NCBI GenBank assembly: GCA_002269645.1
Contig: NIVC01004461.1
Location: forward strand, 1-44,971
Direction of reading: 5' to 3'
DNA length: 44,971 nucleotides
Source: Macrostomum lignano
Taxonomy: Eukaryota
Under the pieces are notes generated by a model. The model had not been told where the DNA came from. It saw only the letters and a list, made by a program, of their open reading frames with translations, and ran no database searches. Below are positions 22,147 to 34,800 of the stretch, piece after piece (the first letter of the stretch is position 1; the number at the start of each line of letters is the position of its first letter). A program made the position numbers and the translations under genes.

Positions 22147-22850
22147 TCCGTAAAATTCAAGGCTTCTGGAAGAATTAAAAGCATTGAGCCGTCAGATACA
22201 AAACTGACTTCACAGACTACCTGTTTAGCTTAACGCATAAGCGCTGAATGCATCTATGAAAATTCTAATGTATTTTCTATTTGTTTACTAGTAGTAGCAG
22301 TGGGTATAGTCAAACCAATTTTCATATAGGGCTAAACAGGAAATCCGATGAACAGACAGATATTACGGTGTCGCTAAAACTAGAAGCACAAAATAAGCCT
22401 AAAGTTTCTTTAACGCCTACTAAAAGTAGTAGTAGGCTAGCATAAAGAAGTGTCATCATAATACATTAGATTAATTTTTCTAGCAATAACGCACAAAACA
22501 GAACACACAAAGCTGGGTGAAAATCAATTATTGATAAAATCCAAACTACTCGTACATACAGGCATGTCTTGCATAGGCAATATGGGTGCTTAGTTAGCAT
22601 ACAGTTTCATCAATCAACATTATACTAAACACAATAGGATAGCGGGAAATGATCCACCCGCATAGCAACCGGGTGCTGACTATGGATACAGCAATGTCGA
22701 AACAGATTTTGTCTTTACCGAGACCGAGACAAAGGAACACAGGTCCCAAGAATAACTAAAATCCAAGGTGAACTGCCGCAATTTATAGGCTTTAAGATGA
22801 ATTCTCATGAAAATATATAGGAAGTCTAAATATATAGGAAGTCTATAAAC

Positions 22851-23320
22851 ACTGGTTTCTAAGCCGTATCCAAGGTAAAACTACCGGTTGTTAAGCCGTA
22901 TCCAAAGTAAACTACCGGTTTCTAAGCCGTATCCAAAGTAAACTACCGGTTTCTAAGCCGTATCCAAGGTAAACTACCGGTTGCTAAGCCGTATCTAAGG
23001 TAAATAATCAGTTGCTATGATGGATCCAAGGTGAACTACCGGTTGCTAAGCCGTATCCAAGGTGAACTACCAGTTGCTAAGCCGTATCCAAGGTAAACAA
23101 CCGGTTGCTAAGCCGTATCCAAGGTAAACTACCGGTTGCTAAGCCGTATCCAAGGTAAACTACCGGTGGCTAAGCCGTATTTAAGGCAAAAAATTGGTTG
23201 CTATGATGGATCTGAACTACCGGTTGCTAAGCCGTATCCAAGGTAAACAACCGGTTGTTAAGCCGTATCAAAGGTAAACTACCGGTTGCCAAGCCGTATC
23301 CAAGGTAAACAACCGGTTGT
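22851..23320. repeat. 31-bp minisatellite (AAGCCGTATCCAAGGTAAACTACCGGTTGCT), copy A
   Basis: Also at 25758-26227, 28369-28838 and 31363-31770 (the last is two monomers shorter). Confidence 0.93.
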
Positions 23321-23410
23321 TATGCTATCAAAATAAGTATTAGTTTTGAATAACCGGTATTCAATGTAAACAAGGGTTGCTATGATTGGTGCATACAGTT
23401 AGACTTGCGG

Positions 23411-23695
23411 TTAAAATGGCGAATCGACGTGAATGCCCAAACCAACGCCCGGAGCGAGTTTGTCACCAGCGCAGGCGGCCTGCGGCACTGTGTAATTCAG
23501 CTCGAATCGGGCCAGGCCGCCAACAGCCAAGAGGATGCCGATGCCGTACGATAGACGAACTTCGTCGCGCGGGAACCGCGGCAATCGCCAGTCGCCAACG
23601 GGGGCGCCGCCAGCGTTGGACACGAGGCAGCCGGCGTTAGCGAAAGCGTGCAGACGGAATAAGTCGAAAAAATTGCCACGCCTAGTGACCAGCGG
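23411..23695 (-). pseudogene. SAMM50: Duplicated 3' fragment of SAMM50 exon 4, copy A
   Basis: Identical to 31861-32145 except one synonymous change; homology breaks at CCAGCGG. Confidence 0.9.
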
Positions 23696-24094
23696 TGACA
23701 AGCAGTGACAAATGATTAATCGCTCGATTCGCTGTCGAGGCCCAAATTTCGCAAGGCTGCTTGTCGTCGCTGTCTGACCGCTTGCATTGTAAGATTTGGT
23801 AAGCCGGGATAGTGAGCTAAGGAGGCACGAGTAAAAATTCTTTCAGTTAACTCTTCATGCCTGAATTTTCTCTCTTGCCTTTTTCTAGCTTGGCCATAGA
23901 CTATTCTCCAGTCAAAGATGTCACTTCTCCTGTTGAGGAAGTGTTTTCTTGCCTGTGCATAATAAAGAAACTGTTTTGGAATTCAAAGTGTACAGCGCAG
24001 TCTATAACATGCATTACTTGCCATCTGGTAAGACAGAGAAGTGGGGAAGAAATTCTGTCGTAGACAAGTGGTTAATAGCGTATTGGTGAAATTA

Positions 24095-25053
24095 AAATGT
24101 CAGAGAATTGAATGTCAGTGAATTTAGAATGTCAGGGAATTGAGAATGTCGGAGAATCAAAAATGTCAGAGACTTGAATGTCAGAGAATCTAAAATGTCA
24201 TAAAATTGAATGTCAGAGAATTGAGAATGTCATAGAATTGAATGTCAGAGACTTGAGAATGTCAGAGAATTGAGAATGACAGAGAATTAATGTTAGAGAA
24301 TTGGGTGTCAGAGAATTGATGTCAGAGACTTGAGTTGAGAATGTCAGAGAATTGAGAATGTCAGAGAATTGAGAATGTCAGAGAATTGATGTCAGAGACT
24401 TGAGTTGAGAATGTCAGTGAATTTAGAATGTCAGGGAATTGAGAATGTCGGAGAATCAAAAATGTCAGAGACTTGAATGTCAGAGAATCTAAAATGTCAT
24501 AAAATTGAATGTCAGAGAATTGAGAATGTCATAGAATTGAATGTCAGAGAATTAATGTCAGAGAATTGAGAATGTCAGAGAATTGATGTCAGAGACTTGA
24601 GTTGAGAATGTCAGAGAATTGAGAATGTCAGAGAATTGAGAATGTCAGAGAATTGATGTCAGAGACTTGAGAATGTCAGAGAATTGAGAATGTCAGAGAA
24701 TTGATGTCAGAGAATTGGGTGTCAGAGAATTTATGTCAGAGACTTAAGTTGAGAATGTCAGAGAATTGAGAATGTCAGAGAATTGAGAATGTCAGAGAAT
24801 TGAGAATGTCAGAGAATTGATGTCAGAGACTTGAGAATGTCAGAGAATTGATGTCAGAGACTTGAGAATGTCAGAGAATTGAGAATGTCAGAGAATTGAT
24901 GTCAGAGAATTGGGTGTCAGAGAATTTATGTCAGAGACTTAAGTTGAGAATGTCAGAGAATTGAGAATGTCAGAGAATTGAGAATGTCAGAGAATTGAGA
25001 ATGTCAGAGAATTGATGTCAGAGACTTGAGAATGTCAGAGAATTGAGAATGTC
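24095..25053. repeat. 17-bp satellite variant array S2
   Basis: Mixed 14-17-bp monomers; sister arrays at 27002-27664 and 29613-30658. Confidence 0.93.
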
Positions 25054-26317
25054 TCCGTAAAATTTAAGGTTTCTAGAAGAATTAAAAGCATTGAGACGTC
25101 TGATACAAAACTGACTTCACAGACTACCTGTTTAGCTTAACGCATAAGCGCTGAATGCATCTATGAAAATTCTAATGTATTTTCTATTTGTTTACTAGTA
25201 GTAGCAGTGGGTATAGTCAAACCAATTTTCATATAGGGCTAAACAGGAAATCCGATGAACAGACAGATATTACGGTGTCGCTAAAACTAGAAGCACAAAA
25301 TAAGCCTAAAATTTCTTTAACGCCTACTAAAAGTAGTAGTAGGCTAGCACAAAGAAGTGTCATCATAATACATTAGATTAATTTTTCTAGCAATAACGCA
25401 CAAAACAGAACACACAAAGCTGGGTGAAAATCAATTATTGATAAAATCCAAACTACTCGTACATACAGGCATGTCTTGCATAGGCAATATGGGTGCTTAG
25501 TTAGCATACAGTTTCATCAATCAACATTATACTAAACACAATAGGATAGCGGGAAATGATCCACCCGCATAGCAACCGGGTGCTGACTATGGATACAGCA
25601 ATGTCGAAACAGATTTTGTCTTTACCGAGACCGAGACAAAGGAACACAGGTCCCTAGAATAACTAAAATCCAAGGTGAACTGCCGCAATTTATAGGCTTT
25701 AAGATGAATTCTCATGAAAATATATAGGAAGTCTAAATATATAGGAAGTCTATAAACACTGGTTTCTAAGCCGTATCCAAGGTAAAACTACCGGTTGTTA
25801 AGCCGTATCCAAAGTAAACTACCGGTTTCTAAGCCGTATCCAAAGTAAACTACCGGTTTCTAAGCCGTATCCAAGGTAAACTACCGGTTGCTAAGCCGTA
25901 TCTAAGGTAAATAATCAGTTGCTATGATGGATCCAAGGTGAACTACCGGTTGCTAAGCCGTATCCAAGGTGAACTACCAGTTGCTAAGCCGTATCCAAGG
26001 TAAACAACCGGTTGCTAAGCCGTATCCAAGGTAAACTACCGGTTGCTAAGCCGTATCCAAGGTAAACTACCGGTGGCTAAGCCGTATTTAAGGCAAAAAA
26101 TTGGTTGCTATGATGGATCTGAACTACCGGTTGCTAAGCCGTATCCAAGGTAAACAACCGGTTGTTAAGCCGTATCAAAGGTAAACTACCGGTTGCCAAG
26201 CCGTATCCAAGGTAAACAACCGGTTGTTATGCTATCAAAATAAGTATTAGTTTTGAATAACCGGTATTCAATGTAAACAAGGGTTGCTATGATTGGTGCA
26301 TACAGTTAGACTTGCGG

Positions 26318-26602
26318 TTAAAATGGCGAATCGACGTGAATGCCCAAACCAACGCCCGGAGCGAGTTTGTCACCAGCGCAGGCGGCCTGCGGCACTGTGT
26401 AATTCAGCTCGAATCGGGCCAGGCCGCCAACAGCCAAGAGGATGCCGATGCCGTACGATAGACGAACTTCGTCGCGCGGGAACCGCGGCAATCGCCAGTC
26501 GCCAACGGGGGCGCCGCCAGCGTTGGACACGAGGCAGCCGGCGTTAGCGAAAGCGTGCAGACGGAATAAGTCGAAAAAATTGCCACGCCTAGTGACCAGC
26601 GG
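26318..26602 (-). pseudogene. SAMM50: Duplicated 3' fragment of SAMM50 exon 4, copy B
   Basis: Same sequence and breakpoint as copy A. Confidence 0.9.
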
Positions 26603-28928
26603 TGACAAGCAGTGACAAATGATTAATCGCTCGATTCGCTGTCGAGGCCCAAATTTCGCAAGGCTGCTTGTCGTCGCTGTCTGACCGCTTGCATTGTAAG
26701 ATTTGGTAAGCCGGGATAGTGAGCTAAGGAGGCACGAGTAAAAATTCTTTCAGTTAACTCTTCATGCCTGAATTTTCTCTCTTGCCTTTTTCTAGCTTGG
26801 CCATAGACTATTCTCCAGTCAAAGATGTCACTTCTCCTGTTGAGGAAGTGTTTTCTTGCCTGTGCATAATAAAGAAACTGTTTTGGAATTCAAAGTGTAC
26901 AGCGCAGTCTATAACATGCATTACTTGCCATCTGGTAAGACAGAGAAGTGGGGAAGAAATTCTGTCGTAGACAAGTGGTTAATAGCGTATTGGTGAAATT
27001 AAAATGTCAGAGAATTGAATGTCAGTGAATTTAGAATGTCAGGGAATTGAGAATGTCGGAGAATCAAAAATGTCAGAGACTTGAATGTCAGAGAATCTAA
27101 AATGTCATAAAATTGAATGTCAGAGAATTGAGAATGTCATAGAATTGAATGTCAGAGAATTAATGTCAGAGAATTGAGAATGTCAGAGAATTGATGTCAG
27201 AGACTTGAGTTGAGAATGTCAGAGAATTGAGAATGTCAGAGAATTGAGAATGTCAGAGAATTGATGTCAGAGACTTGAGAATGTCAGAGAATTGAGAATG
27301 TCAGAGAATTGATGTCAGAGAATTGGGTGTCAGAGAATTTATGTCAGAGACTTAAGTTGAGAATGTCAGAGAATTGAGAATGTCAGAGAATTGAGAATGT
27401 CAGAGAATTGAGAATGTCAGAGAATTGAGAATGTCAGAGAATTGAGAATGTCAGAGAATTGATGTCAGAGACTTGAGAATGTCAGAGAATTGAGAATGTC
27501 AGAGAATTGATGTCAGAGAATTGGGTGTCAGAGAATTTATGTCAGAGACTTAAGTTGAGAATGTCAGAGAATTGAGAATGTCAGAGAATTGAGAATGTCA
27601 GAGAATTGAGAATGTCAGAGAATTGATGTCAGAGACTTGAGAATGTCAGAGAATTGAGAATGTCTCCGTAAAATTTAAGGTTTCTAGAAGAATTAAAAGC
27701 ATTGAGACGTCTGATACAAAACTGACTTCACAGACTACCTGTTTAGCTTAACGCATAAGCGCTGAACGCATCTATGAAAATTCTAATGTATTTTCTATTT
27801 GTTTACTAGTAGTAGCAGTGGGTATAGTCAAACTAATTTTCATATAGGGCTAAACAGGAAATCCGATGAACAGACAGATATTACGGTGTCGCTAAAACTA
27901 GAAGCACAAAATAAGCCTAAAATTTCTTTAACGCCTACTAAAAGTAGTAGTAGGCTAGCACAAAGAAGTGTCATCATAATACATTAGATTAATTTTTCTA
28001 GCAATAACGCACAAAACAGAACACACAAAGCTGGGTGAAAATCAATTATTGATAAAATCCAAACTACTCGTACATACAGGCATGTCTTGCATAGGCAATA
28101 TGGGTGCTTAGTTAGCATACAGTTTCATCAATCAACATTATACTAAACACAATAGGATAGCGGGAAATGATCCACCCGCATAGCAACCGGGTGCTGACTA
28201 TGGATACAGCAATGTCGAAACAGATTTTGTCTTTACCGAGACCGAGACAAAGGAACATAGGTCCCAAGAATAACTAAAATCCAATGTGAACTGCCGCAAT
28301 TTATAGGCTTTAAGATGAATTCTCATGAAAATATATAGGAAGTCTAAATATATAGGAAGTCTATAAACACTGGTTTCTAAGCCGTATCCAAGGTAAAACT
28401 ACCGGTTGTTAAGCCGTATCCAAAGTAAACTACCGGTTTCTAAGCCGTATCCAAAGTAAACTACCGGTTTCTAAGCCGTATCCAAGGTAAACTACCGGTT
28501 GCTAAGCCGTATCTAAGGTAAATAATCAGTTGCTATGATGGATCCAAGGTGAACTACCGGTTGCTAAGCCGTATCCAAGGTGAACTACCAGTTGCTAAGC
28601 CGTATCCAAGGTAAACAACCGGTTGCTAAGCCGTATCCAAGGTAAACTACCGGTTGCTAAGCCGTATCCAAGGTAAACTACCGGTGGCTAAGCCGTATTT
28701 AAGGCAAAAAATTGGTTGCTATGATGGATCTGAACTACCGGTTGCTAAGCCGTATCCAAGGTAAACAACCGGTTGTTAAGCCGTATCAAAGGTAAACTAC
28801 CGGTTGCCAAGCCGTATCCAAGGTAAACAACCGGTTGTTATGCTATCAAAATAAGTATTAGTTTTGAATAACCGGTATTCAATGTAAACAAGGGTTGCTA
28901 TGATTGGTGCATACAGTTAGACTTGCGG

Positions 28929-29213
28929 TTAAAATGGCGAATCGACGTGAATGCCCAAACCAACGCCCGGAGCGAGTTTGTCACCAGCGCAGGCGGCCTG
29001 CGGCACTGTGTAATTCAGCTCGAATCGGGCCAGGCCGCCAACAGCCAAGAGGATGCCGATGCCGTACGATAGACGAACTTCGTCGCGCGGGAACCGCGGC
29101 AATCGCCAGTCGCCAACGGGGGCGCCGCCAGCGTTGGACACGAGGCAGCCGGCGTTAGCGAAAGCGTGCAGACGGAATAAGTCGAAAAAATTGCCACGCC
29201 TAGTGACCAGCGG
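28929..29213 (-). pseudogene. SAMM50: Duplicated 3' fragment of SAMM50 exon 4, copy C
   Basis: Same sequence and breakpoint as copy A. Confidence 0.9.
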
Positions 29214-31860
29214 TGACAAGCAGTGACAAATGATTAATCGCTCGATTCGCTGTCGAGGCCCAAATTTCGCAAGGCTGCTTGTCGTCGCTGTCTGACCGCT
29301 TGCATTGTAAGATTTGGTAAGCCGGGATAGTGAGCTAAGGAGGCACGAGTAAAAATTCTTTCAGTTAACTCTTCATGCCTGAATTTTCTCTCTTGCCTTT
29401 TTCTAGCTTGGCCATAGACTATTCTCCAGTCAAAGATGTCACTTCTCCTGTTGAGGAAGTGTTTTCTTGCCTGTGCATAATAAAGAAACTGTTTTGGAAT
29501 TCAAAGTGTACAGCGCAGTCTATAACATGCATTACTTGCCATCTGGTAAGACAGAGAAGTGGGGAAGAAATTCTGTCGTAGACAAGTGGTTAATAGCGTA
29601 TTGGTGAAATTAAAATGTCAGAGAATTGAATGTCAGTGAATTTAGAATGTCAGGGAATTGAGAATGTCGGAGAATCAAAAATGTCAGAGACTTGAATGTC
29701 AGAGAATCTAAAATGTCATAAAATTGAATGTCAGAGAATTGAGAATGTCATAGAATTGAATGTCAGAGACTTGAGAATGTCAGAGAATTGAATGTCAGAG
29801 AATTAATGTTAGAGAATTGAGAATGTCAGAGAATTGATGTCAGAGACTTGAGTTGAGAATGTCAGAGAATTGAGAATGTCAGAGAATTGAGAATGTCAGA
29901 GAATTGATGTCAGAGACTTGAGAATGTCAGAGAATTGAGAATGTCAGAGAATTGATGTCAGAGAATTGGGTGTCAGAGAATTTATGTCAGAGACTTAAGT
30001 TGAGAATGTCAGAGAATTGAGAATGTCAGAGAATTGAGAATGTCAGAGAATTGAGAATGTCAGAGAATTGATGTCAGAGACTTGAGAATGTCAGAGAATT
30101 GAGAATGTCAGAGAATTGATGTCAGAGACTTGAGTTGAGAATGTCAGAGAATTGAGAATGTCAGAGAATTGAGAATGTCAGAGAATTGATGTCAGAGACT
30201 TGAGTTGAGAATGTCAGTGAATTTAGAATGTCAGGGAATTGAGAATGTCGGAGAATCAAAAATGTCAGAGACTTGAATGTCAGAGAATCTAAAATGTCAT
30301 AAAATTGAATGTCAGAGAATTGAGAATGTCATAGAATTGAATGTCAGAGAATTAATGTCAGAGAATTGAGAATGTCAGAGAATTGATGTCAGAGACTTGA
30401 GTTGAGAATGTCAGAGAATTGAGAATGTCAGAGAATTGAGAATGTCAGAGAATTGATGTCAGAGACTTGAGAATGTCAGAGAATTGAGAATGTCAGAGAA
30501 TTGATGTCAGAGAATTGGGTGTCAGAGAATTTATGTCAGAGACTTAAGTTGAGAATGTCAGAGAATTGAGAATGTCAGAGAATTGAGAATGTCAGAGAAT
30601 TGAGAATGTCAGAGAATTGATGTCAGAGACTTGAGAATGTCAGAGAATTGAGAATGTCTCCGTAAAATTTAAGGTTTCTAGAAGAATTAAAAGCATTGAG
30701 ACGTCTGATACAAAACTGACTTCACAGACTACCTGTTTAGCTTAACGCATAAGCGCTGAACGCATCTATGAAAATTCTAATGTATTTTCTATTTGTTTAC
30801 TAGTAGTAGCAGTGGGTATAGTCAAACTAATTTTCATATAGGGCTAAACAGGAAATCCGATGAACAGACAGATATTACGGTGTCGCTAAAACTAGAAGCA
30901 CAAAATAAGCCTAAAATTTCTTTAACGCCTACTAAAAGTAGTAGTAGGCTAGCACAAAGAAGTGTCATCATAATACATTAGATTAATTTTTCTAGCAATA
31001 ACGCACAAAACAGAACACACAAAGCTGGGTGAAAATCAATTATTGATAAAATCCAAACTACTCGTACATACAGGCATGTCTTGCATAGGCAATATGGGTG
31101 CTTAGTTAGCATACAGTTTCATCAATCAACATTATACTAAACACAATAGGATAGCGGGAAATGATCCACCCGCATAGCAACCGGGTGCTGACTATGGATA
31201 CAGCAATGTCGAAACAGATTTTGTCTTTACCGAGACCGAGACAAAGGAACACAGGTCCCAAGAATAACTAAAATCCAAGGTGAACTGCCGCAATTTATAG
31301 GCTTTAAGATGAATTCTCATGAAAATATATAGGAAGTCTAAATATATAGGAAGTCTATAAACACTGGTTTCTAAGCCGTATCCAAGGTAAAACTACCGGT
31401 TGTTAAGCCGTATCCAAAGTAAACTACCGGTTTCTAAGCCGTATCCAAAGTAAACTACCGGTTTCTAAGCCGTATCCAAAGTAAACTACCGGTTGCTAAG
31501 CCGTATCTAAGGTAAATAATCGGTTGCTATGATGGATCCAAGGTGAACTACCGGTTGCTAAGCCGTATCCAAGGTAAACTACCGGTTGCTAAGCCGTATC
31601 CAAGGTAAAAAACCGGTGGCTAAGCCGTATTTAAGGCAAAAAATTGGTTGCTATGATGGATCTGAACTACCGGTTGCTAAGCCGTATCCAAGGTAAACAA
31701 CCGGTTGTTAAGCCGTATCAAAGGTAAACTACCGGTTGCCAAGCCGTATCCAAGGTAAACAACCGGTTGTTATGCTATCAAAATAAGTATTAGTTTTGAA
31801 TAACCGGTATTCAATGTAAACAAGGGTTGCTATGATTGGTGCATACAGTTAGACTTGCGG

Positions 31861-34800
31861 TTAAAATGGCGAATCGACGTGAATGCCCAAACCAACGCCC
31901 GGAGCGAGTTTGTCACCGGCGCAGGCGGCCTGCGGCACTGTGTAATTCAGCTCGAATCGGGCCAGGCCGCCAACAGCCAAGAGGATGCCGATGCCGTACG
32001 ATAGACGAACTTCGTCGCGCGGGAACCGCGGCAATCGCCAGTCGCCAACGGGGGCGCCGCCAGCGTTGGACACGAGGCAGCCGGCGTTAGCGAAAGCGTG
32101 CAGACGGAATAAGTCGAAAAAATTGCCACGCCTAGTGACCAGCGGCAGCGGGCAGTACAGGTGCGCGCCAGCCGTGAAGAACGACTCGCCACCAAGGTAG
32201 CAACGGCTGGGCACTTCTGGTGCTGCTTGCTGCTGCTGCTCTTCTCTGCAAATCGAGTGCGATAGCCAAACCAAAATCAAATCAAATCAAAGCATATAAC
32301 ACCCTAATTCAAACACCGGAAGTCAGGGATAGCCAAATCAAAAACACCCTAATTCAAACACCGGAAGTCAGGGATAGCCAAATCAAAAACACCCTAATTC
32401 AAACACCGGAAGTCAGGGATAGCCAAATCAAAAACACCCTAATTCAAACACCGGAAGTCAGGGATAGCCAAATCAAAAACACCCTAATTCAAACACCGGA
32501 AGTCAGGGATAGCCAAATCAAAAACACCCTAATTCAAACACCGGAATTCAGGGATAGCCAAATCAAAAACACCCTAATTCAAACACCGGAAGTTGGGGAT
32601 AGCCAAATCAAAAACACCCTAATTCAAACACCGGAAGTTAGGGATAGCCAAATCAAAGACATCCTTATTCAAACACCGGAAGTTAGGGATAGCCAAATCA
32701 AAGACATCCTTATTCAAACACCGAAGTCAGTGATAGCCAAAACAAAAACATACCGGAAGTTGGGAATAGCCAAATCAAAAACACCCTAATCCAAACACCG
32801 GAAGTTGGAGATAGCCAAATCAAAAACACCCTAATCCAAACACCGGAAGTCAGGGATAGCCAAATAAAAAACACCCTAATTCAAACACCGGAAGTCAGGG
32901 ATAGCCAAATCAAAAACACCCTAATCCAAACACCGGAAGTCAGGGATAGCCAAATCAAAAACACCCTAATTCAAACACCGGAAGTCAGGGATAGCCAAAT
33001 AAAAAACACCCTAATTCAAACCCCGGAAGTCAGGGATAGCCAAATCAAAAACACCCTAATTCAAACACCGGAAGTCAGGGATAGCCAAATCAAAAACACC
33101 CTAATTCAAACACCGGAAGTCAGGGATAGCCAAATCAAAAACACCCTAATTCAAACACCGGAAGTCAGGGATAGCCAAATCAAAAACAATACTGGAACAG
33201 TGCTGGCACGAATAGCCAGGTATAGAAGTATAGAAAAAGCGTAGCACGTACCCAGCGGATAGGGCGGCCCTGGGAACGCTGGGCCCGACGCAGTTAATGT
33301 CGAAGCCTCGCAGTCCGCTAGACAATCCGCCGATGGTGAACCGGTCAGCCAGCGGAATGCCTCCGCCATTCATCGGCACGGCGTGTCCGCAGGCCGCCGT
33401 CAAGTGAATTGACGCCGCCGGGAACAGCGGCGCCAAAGGCAGACTGCGCGACAATTTGGCGCCAAGTCGAAGGTGACGAACGTCGCCGCCAAAGCCGGCA
33501 AGCTCACTGGTGAGCCGCATCAAGCCGCCGCTCATTGGCACCGTGGCGCTGTCGCGACTGTCGGCTTCGAGCACGTGTTTGAGGCCGCACTTGATGGAGT
33601 GGCCGCACAGCTCGCGTACAGCCAGCGGCGCCCGGCCGTCCTGGGAGGCCAACAGCTGGCGCCAACTCAGCTCGGCGCGCAGCAGCTGCTCGGTTGGGCC
33701 GAGCGGTAAAGAGAAACTGGCGAAGCAGCTGGAGTGGCTCTCCTGCAGTCGGTTCAAGCAATTTGATGTTCTCCTAATATCATCTCTAGGCAAGTCTACA
33801 CCGGAACATTGATACTTATAAAGCCTCGGTTTCTAGCGGCTTGGGCAACAAAACCAAGGCAAAATTGTCGATTAATCACAGTATCCACAACGTAGCAACG
33901 GCTTAGCAACCACCAAAGCTAAAACATAGCAATGGCTTAGCAACCACCAAAGCTACAACATAGCAACGGCTTAGCAACCACCAAAGCTAAAACATAGCAA
34001 CGGCTTAGCAACCACCAAAGCTAAAACATAGCAACGGCTTAGCAACCACCAAAGCTACAACATAGCAACGGCTTAGCAACCACCAAGCTACAACATAGCA
34101 ACGGCTTAGCAACCACCAAAGCTACAACATAGCAACGGCTTAGCAACCACCAAAGCTACAACATAGCAACGGCTTAGCAACCACCAAGCTACAACATAGC
34201 AACAGCTTAGCAACACCAAAGCTACAACATAGCAACAGCTTAGCAACACCAAAGCTACAACATAGCAACAGCTTAGCAACACCAAAGCTACAACATAGCA
34301 ACGGCTTAGCAACCACCAAAGCTACAACATAGCAACAGCTTAGCAACCACCAAAGCTACAACATAGCAACAGCTTAGCAACCAGCAAAGCTACAACATAG
34401 CAACAGCATGGCAACGATATAGCAACCATTAAGGCAACAGCATACAGCGACTATATTACAGCACATAGTCTATAATACAATTCGCTAATTTTGCTATGAC
34501 CAAACAGCTCACCTTGACAGCGGCCCAATTAAAATCAACGCAGCTATTAACCAGTCCGGCGCTAGCCTTAGCAAACGGATACATGGCCAGCGGCGCGGCC
34601 AAAGTTAAAAAATGCGATTTGCTGTCTCTTGTACCAATTTGATAATCGAATATCAACCGTTCGGCGTTGCCAGTCAAATTGCGCAGATTGCCATTGAGCA
34701 CTAGGGACACGGTGCCGTCCATACCTGCCATGGTTCGTACGCCGTATTGCATCTGTTTGCACTCTTGCACTTCGAATACAACTTCATAGGCGGCATTGGC

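Larger units (their letters stand above)
22146..32145. repeat. Tandem segmental duplication; units of 2907, 2611 and 2932 bp
   Basis: Order: unique flank U, 31-bp array, SAMM50 exon-4 3' part, ~400-bp segment J, 17-bp satellite. U starts at 22146, 25053, 27664 and 30658; the ORF track shows identical translations in each copy. Confidence 0.95.

Noticed and set aside
22636-22685. Helitron-like hairpin in the U segment as the cause of the SAMM50 duplication
   Set aside because: The hairpin is not followed by CTRR and no 5' TC terminus matches the unit boundary.
19757-30658. CRISPR-like regular repeats
   Set aside because: Head-to-tail monomers without unique spacers, no cas genes, eukaryotic context.
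32220-32789. 189-aa ORF with NTLIQTPEVRDSQIK repeats
   Set aside because: The 45-bp monomer is a multiple of three; intronic and antisense to SAMM50.
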